From a virus: a stretch of 64,000 nucleotides of DNA. The notes beneath the pieces are model-generated. The model searched no databases. It was given only the letters and a program-made list of their open reading frames with translations, and was not told the origin of the DNA. A program made the translations under genes and the position numbers. The DNA is taken from the IMG/VR virus record IMGVR_UViG_3300045988_132434, positions 25,638 to 89,637 of that record; one strand, written 5' to 3'. Below, in pieces: positions 60,616-64,000 of the stretch. Position 1 is the stretch's first letter; each line of letters begins with the position of its first letter.

Positions 60616-62286
60616 CTATTCCTCACCACGCTTGAAGCGTTCAAAGGCTTCTTTGCGTTCAACATTAGTCTTATACTGACTTGGGTCGAATGTGCGCAAC
60701 TGCTGTGTCTTTACTCCCTCGCCATTGTTCTCAGGAGCTTTGCCAGCGTTCTGCTCTGCACCGGCATCATTTGTCAGTTCGTCAATCTGAGCCTGCTTGT
60801 CGGCAAGCGACTGCTCGGCTGTGGCGAGTGCGTCCTTAGCGCCCTTCAGATTGTTCTCGGTCTCAGTCTTAGCGGCTGTGAGGTCGGCAATCTCCTTGTC
60901 CTTTGCCTCGGCGAGAGTTTTCAACTCGTCATCCTTCTTGGCAATGGCTTCGGCGTGCTGTGCGTTAAGGTCACTTAGTTCTTTACTGTGAGCCTCGTTA
61001 GCCTGGGCGAGTGCGGTCTCCGCGACTTCCTTTGCTTCGTTGGCTGCGTTTACATTGGCGGAGAGTTCATCAAACTTGCCCTGCAATTCTGCGAGAGCGT
61101 TCTCCGCTGTGGTGGCTTTCAGCTCTGCATCAGTCACCTTCTGCTCGGCTTCCTTCATGTGGGCTTCGAGAGAGTCAAGAAGCGAGGCGTTCATATACGC
61201 GCCCTCTTCCGTAACGGCAATCTCGCCAGCCTGCAATCCACAAGCTTTGCAAATAAGAGGATATTTCTCCATATTTATATTAGTGTTTGTGTTGGTTGCT
61301 TCCGGTTTCTCTGGTTCCGGCTCATTCTCCGGCTCGTTCTGTGGCTCAACCGTCTGCTCACGGTTGATAAGCTCGGCTCTGCCATCGTAAAGCTCAAAGG
61401 CGTGTTGCACCACTTCCATAAATGATGACTGACCATCCATCAAAATACCCTTCACGTCCTCGGCATTGAACACCTTGCCATGCAGATGCTCGTCGGTGGC
61501 ATTGGGGCAGGCTTTTTTTACGTCAGCACGAAACTCAACACCAAGTTCGGCAAGTTCCTTGATAAGTTCCTCGTCCTTACCATCGTTGGCAATATCACGG
61601 AAGGCGCGATTCTTGTCGAACGACTCGGGGTCGTAGAGCTCGTGATAAGTCTCGTTGGTGAATTGGTTGGTGCTTCCGTCGGCTTCAGTATAGAATGCCG
61701 CCATGACACCTATGCAACCGATTTCGTTCTTGGGGTGCATGTAATAGCGTTCGTCACAAAGCGAAGCAAGGTACATTCCGGCAGAAGCGCACATACCATC
61801 GACAAAAGCGATGACGGGCTGACCTAAAGAACGTGCATACTGAATAGCCTGCTCATAATCGTTCTTAGCCCATGCCGAACCGCCAGGAGTGTTGATGATG
61901 AAAACGTGTCCACGGCAAAGCGGATGGTTGGCAGCTCGCAACATCATGTCGCGATGGTCGATTGAGCCATAAGAGCAACCGCCACCGTTGCGCGTGATAG
62001 GACCGTCGATAGTGAGAACCGAAACAAACGGAAAGGTCTGCTCCTTCTCGAAGTCCAAAGCCCAATTAGGCTTAACCTGCTTGCCATCCTCCGAAATCTG
62101 ATATTCCTCCGGATAATAGATTGATCCGTCGGCAGACACGGCTGTGACATATCCGCAGTTCTTCTCCGGCTTGCTGAATGCCACATGAGTGTTTAGGTTG
62201 TGCTCAAGCGACTTGCGAATACCATGCACGAAGTCGGGACTAACCATCCACTTCTTTTCAGTAAGTATCTCAAATAAGCCTTTCAT
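60616..62286 (-). CDS. S49 (ClpP-fold) prohead protease fused to a coiled-coil scaffold domain
   Basis: IINTPGGSAWA ... VDGMCASAGMYLA ... IGCIGV is the SppA/S49 pattern. The C-terminal 200 aa are A/E/K/L-rich coiled coil. Confidence 0.8.
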   Translation of the reverse strand: MKGLFEILTEKKWMVSPDFVHGIRKSLEHNLNTHVAFSKPEKNCGYVTAVSADGSIYYPEEYQISEDGKQVKPNWALDFEKEQTFPFVSVLTIDGPITRNGGGCSYGSIDHRDMMLRAANHPLCRGHVFIINTPGGSAWAKNDYEQAIQYARSLGQPVIAFVDGMCASAGMYLASLCDERYYMHPKNEIGCIGVMAAFYTEADGSTNQFTNETYHELYDPESFDKNRAFRDIANDGKDEELIKELAELGVEFRADVKKACPNATDEHLHGKVFNAEDVKGILMDGQSSFMEVVQHAFELYDGRAELINREQTVEPQNEPENEPEPEKPEATNTNTNINMEKYPLICKACGLQAGEIAVTEEGAYMNASLLDSLEAHMKEAEQKVTDAELKATTAENALAELQGKFDELSANVNAANEAKEVAETALAQANEAHSKELSDLNAQHAEAIAKKDDELKTLAEAKDKEIADLTAAKTETENNLKGAKDALATAEQSLADKQAQIDELTNDAGAEQNAGKAPENNGEGVKTQQLRTFDPSQYKTNVERKEAFERFKRGEE

Positions 62287-62366
62287 TAGTAAAAAATCTG
62301 TGTTTTGTGTTGTTATCCTGAAAACAACCTTTTTACGCTGGTTGTCTGTGTTTTTGTTATCTGTTG

Positions 62367-62374
62367 CAAAGATA
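62367..62374 (-). promoter_or_regulatory. Bacteroidota -7 box (TATCTTTG on minus)
   Basis: Plus-strand CAAAGATA lies about 80 nt upstream of the ATG at 62286. Confidence 0.5.
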
Positions 62375-62400
62375 GATTTTTAATTACCTATAGCGAGGAC

Positions 62401-62436
62401 AAAAAAAGCCCTGCTACCCTCACGGGCGGCAGGACT
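62401..62436 (-). terminator. minus-strand terminator with a GTGA-capped hairpin
   Basis: AGTCCTGC...CCC-GTGA-GGG...GCAGGGCT, followed by T7. Confidence 0.7.
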
Positions 62437-62472
62437 GCTAATAGAAGGATTCATCCCAAAAACAGGGATTTG

Positions 62473-62952
62473 TTATATCAATGGAATAAATTCAGACAGG
62501 GATTTCAAACTGATCTGTACGGTGCGTTGCACACCACTGATTGTTTTCGTTGCAGGCGAATTGAAAGTAAACGTACCAGGAAGTGTATAGCATAACACAT
62601 CGGTACCGTCAGCCTTTTTAAGCACCACATAAAACTCATTGCCTTGAATGCTTTTATTGGCCTCGCACACATTATTATATCCATTGGTAATATTTGCACT
62701 AATATCAAAGGAGTAAATATTCCCATTTCCATTCTTCGCCATCGTCAACTTGGCCGTAATGGAGTCTGCCATGATGTAATCCTCACCACTCGTGGCTACA
62801 TGAAGTACTGGATTCCCAAACTTACAATTTGCGAGTTCAAGGATTTGTTTGACACAAAACGGAACGGGTAATACCGAACTTTTCACGGGATGAAGATAAA
62901 TATCTGTCACTCCGTCGAGAAATATCTCTCTGCAATTATCGGGTAAATTCAT
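62473..62952 (-). CDS. hypothetical protein (159 aa)
   Basis: Clean ORF. Confidence 0.45.
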   Translation of the reverse strand: MNLPDNCREIFLDGVTDIYLHPVKSSVLPVPFCVKQILELANCKFGNPVLHVATSGEDYIMADSITAKLTMAKNGNGNIYSFDISANITNGYNNVCEANKSIQGNEFYVVLKKADGTDVLCYTLPGTFTFNSPATKTISGVQRTVQISLKSLSEFIPLI

Positions 62953-63023
62953 ATAGGTACTAATTAAATATTATTATTTAACAAAAGTTGCGTTATCAAT
63001 TAACAATTAAAAACATATTATTT

Positions 63024-63755
63024 TCACTCCCAAATAAACTTGTCTATACGTTTAACCTTCTCATTGTCATCTTCATACTGCATATCGAATACCGAATAGG
63101 CGCGGAAATTGCAATGCTCCTGTTTGAACCATCGCTCGATGATGCGCCTGAGATTGTCTTTCTCGTCTCGGTTTGACTCTATGCCGTAACGCATCAGATA
63201 ACGCTCCAACATGGCGGTCTGTGACCGGCAGATGACCTGTCCGTGAGATGTGCAGAAATCAAAAGTGGATAATGCCCACTCCACAAGACTTCGCTTGAAA
63301 TCATCGTTGAGCATCACCACCAACCGACGCACGGCAGACTGGCTCAGATTCCATGTAGGCGTGACCACCCTTACCGTATCGACCACCTCTACCTCTCTGG
63401 GAAGAGCAATACACAGATAGTCTTCGTTGGCACTCTTATCGTAATCCAGTTTACCGCTCAACTGCTGCACCTCTGCAAAGGTAAGGTATTCTGCCTTATT
63501 ACGCTTTACCACAGCTTTCCCACCAAGCGGAGAAGCACCAACCAGCATATTCTTCCACTGCTGTTCGGAGAAGCACTGCGTATCAGTCTTTTTAGTCATC
63601 GAAGCCACGTTGGTAATACCGTTTTTCAGTACGAAAAACTCAGGCATATACCGATTGAACACCAACGGCTCATTCTTGGCCATGATGTGTTGCGGATCAC
63701 GATGCCGGAAAAACTGGCATCTGCTGGTAGGTAGGCGAAGGTAAATGTTTGGCAT
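63024..63755 (-). CDS. hypothetical protein (243 aa)
   Basis: Clean ORF. Confidence 0.5.
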   Translation of the reverse strand: MPNIYLRLPTSRCQFFRHRDPQHIMAKNEPLVFNRYMPEFFVLKNGITNVASMTKKTDTQCFSEQQWKNMLVGASPLGGKAVVKRNKAEYLTFAEVQQLSGKLDYDKSANEDYLCIALPREVEVVDTVRVVTPTWNLSQSAVRRLVVMLNDDFKRSLVEWALSTFDFCTSHGQVICRSQTAMLERYLMRYGIESNRDEKDNLRRIIERWFKQEHCNFRAYSVFDMQYEDDNEKVKRIDKFIWE

Positions 63756-63763
63756 AGTGATTA

Positions 63764-63997
63764 TTACATTTCAGAGTAGGTTTTCATGATGGCATCTGTC
63801 ACAGTAAAACTGTAGTTGAGCGAGTTCTTGTTTGACACTTTCCCAGTCATCTTATCAATGATTTCAGCCTGTCTGCCATCGAGATTAAACAGGAGTGCCG
63901 TAGCATCAATATATGCGCCACCAGACTCGGTGCGCTTGATAAATGCCTGTGCCAGATGTTCGTCTATGCCGAATATCATATTGACAGCCTTGACCAT
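63764..63997 (-). CDS. hypothetical protein (77 aa)
   Basis: ORF with its ATG at 63995-63997, near the window edge. Confidence 0.4.
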   Translation of the reverse strand: MVKAVNMIFGIDEHLAQAFIKRTESGGAYIDATALLFNLDGRQAEIIDKMTGKVSNKNSLNYSFTVTDAIMKTYSEM

Positions 63998-64000
63998 TTC

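Noticed and set aside
1-64000. Integrase, attP or transposase genes (prophage or mobile-element boundaries)
   Set aside because: I found no tyrosine- or serine-recombinase or DDE-like motifs in any ORF of the window. This absence is limited to these 64 kb.

Overview
The window looks like part of a tailed-phage genome from a Bacteroidota host. Many genes are preceded by TAnnTTTG (-7 type) promoter boxes and lack Shine-Dalgarno sites. Coding is almost entirely on the minus strand; only two helix-turn-helix (HTH) regulator genes and two short promoter-to-terminator units lie on the plus strand. From left to right:

- (i) Replication module: beta sliding clamp, an SSB-like protein, ASCH protein, a 1219-aa primase/SF3 helicase, DEDD exonuclease, and a Rep initiator next to an iteron origin.
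- (ii) Plasmid-type partition module: ParA, a ribbon-helix-helix (RHH) protein and a centromere-like repeat field.
- (iii) Secreted/lipoprotein cargo genes and an unusual membrane-tailed NAD-ligase.
- (iv) A block of very acidic small proteins and roughly 15 small early-type genes with a recurring upstream motif.
- (v) An XRE-type regulator with flanking non-coding GC-rich segments.
- (vi) Structural module: tail fibre (1667 aa), tail/baseplate proteins, portal, S49 protease-scaffold, major capsid and GH108 lysin.
- (vii) The most unusual region, 49.9-54.7 kb. A circularly permuted cytosine-5 DNA methyltransferase core lacks a recognisable target-recognition domain (TRD). It is flanked on both sides by about 14 free-standing TRD-like mini-ORFs of 42-108 aa, joined by overlapping stop/start codons. 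Nine G/C homopolymer tracts of 6-9 nt sit in these mini-ORFs, and five of them break the conserved reading frame.

I read (vii) as a candidate phase-variable or slippage-controlled, split, multi-specific C5-methyltransferase system. No integrase was seen. Rep, iterons and ParA inside a phage genome suggest a phage-plasmid lifestyle. All functional calls rest on motifs read by eye from the translations; no database search was run.
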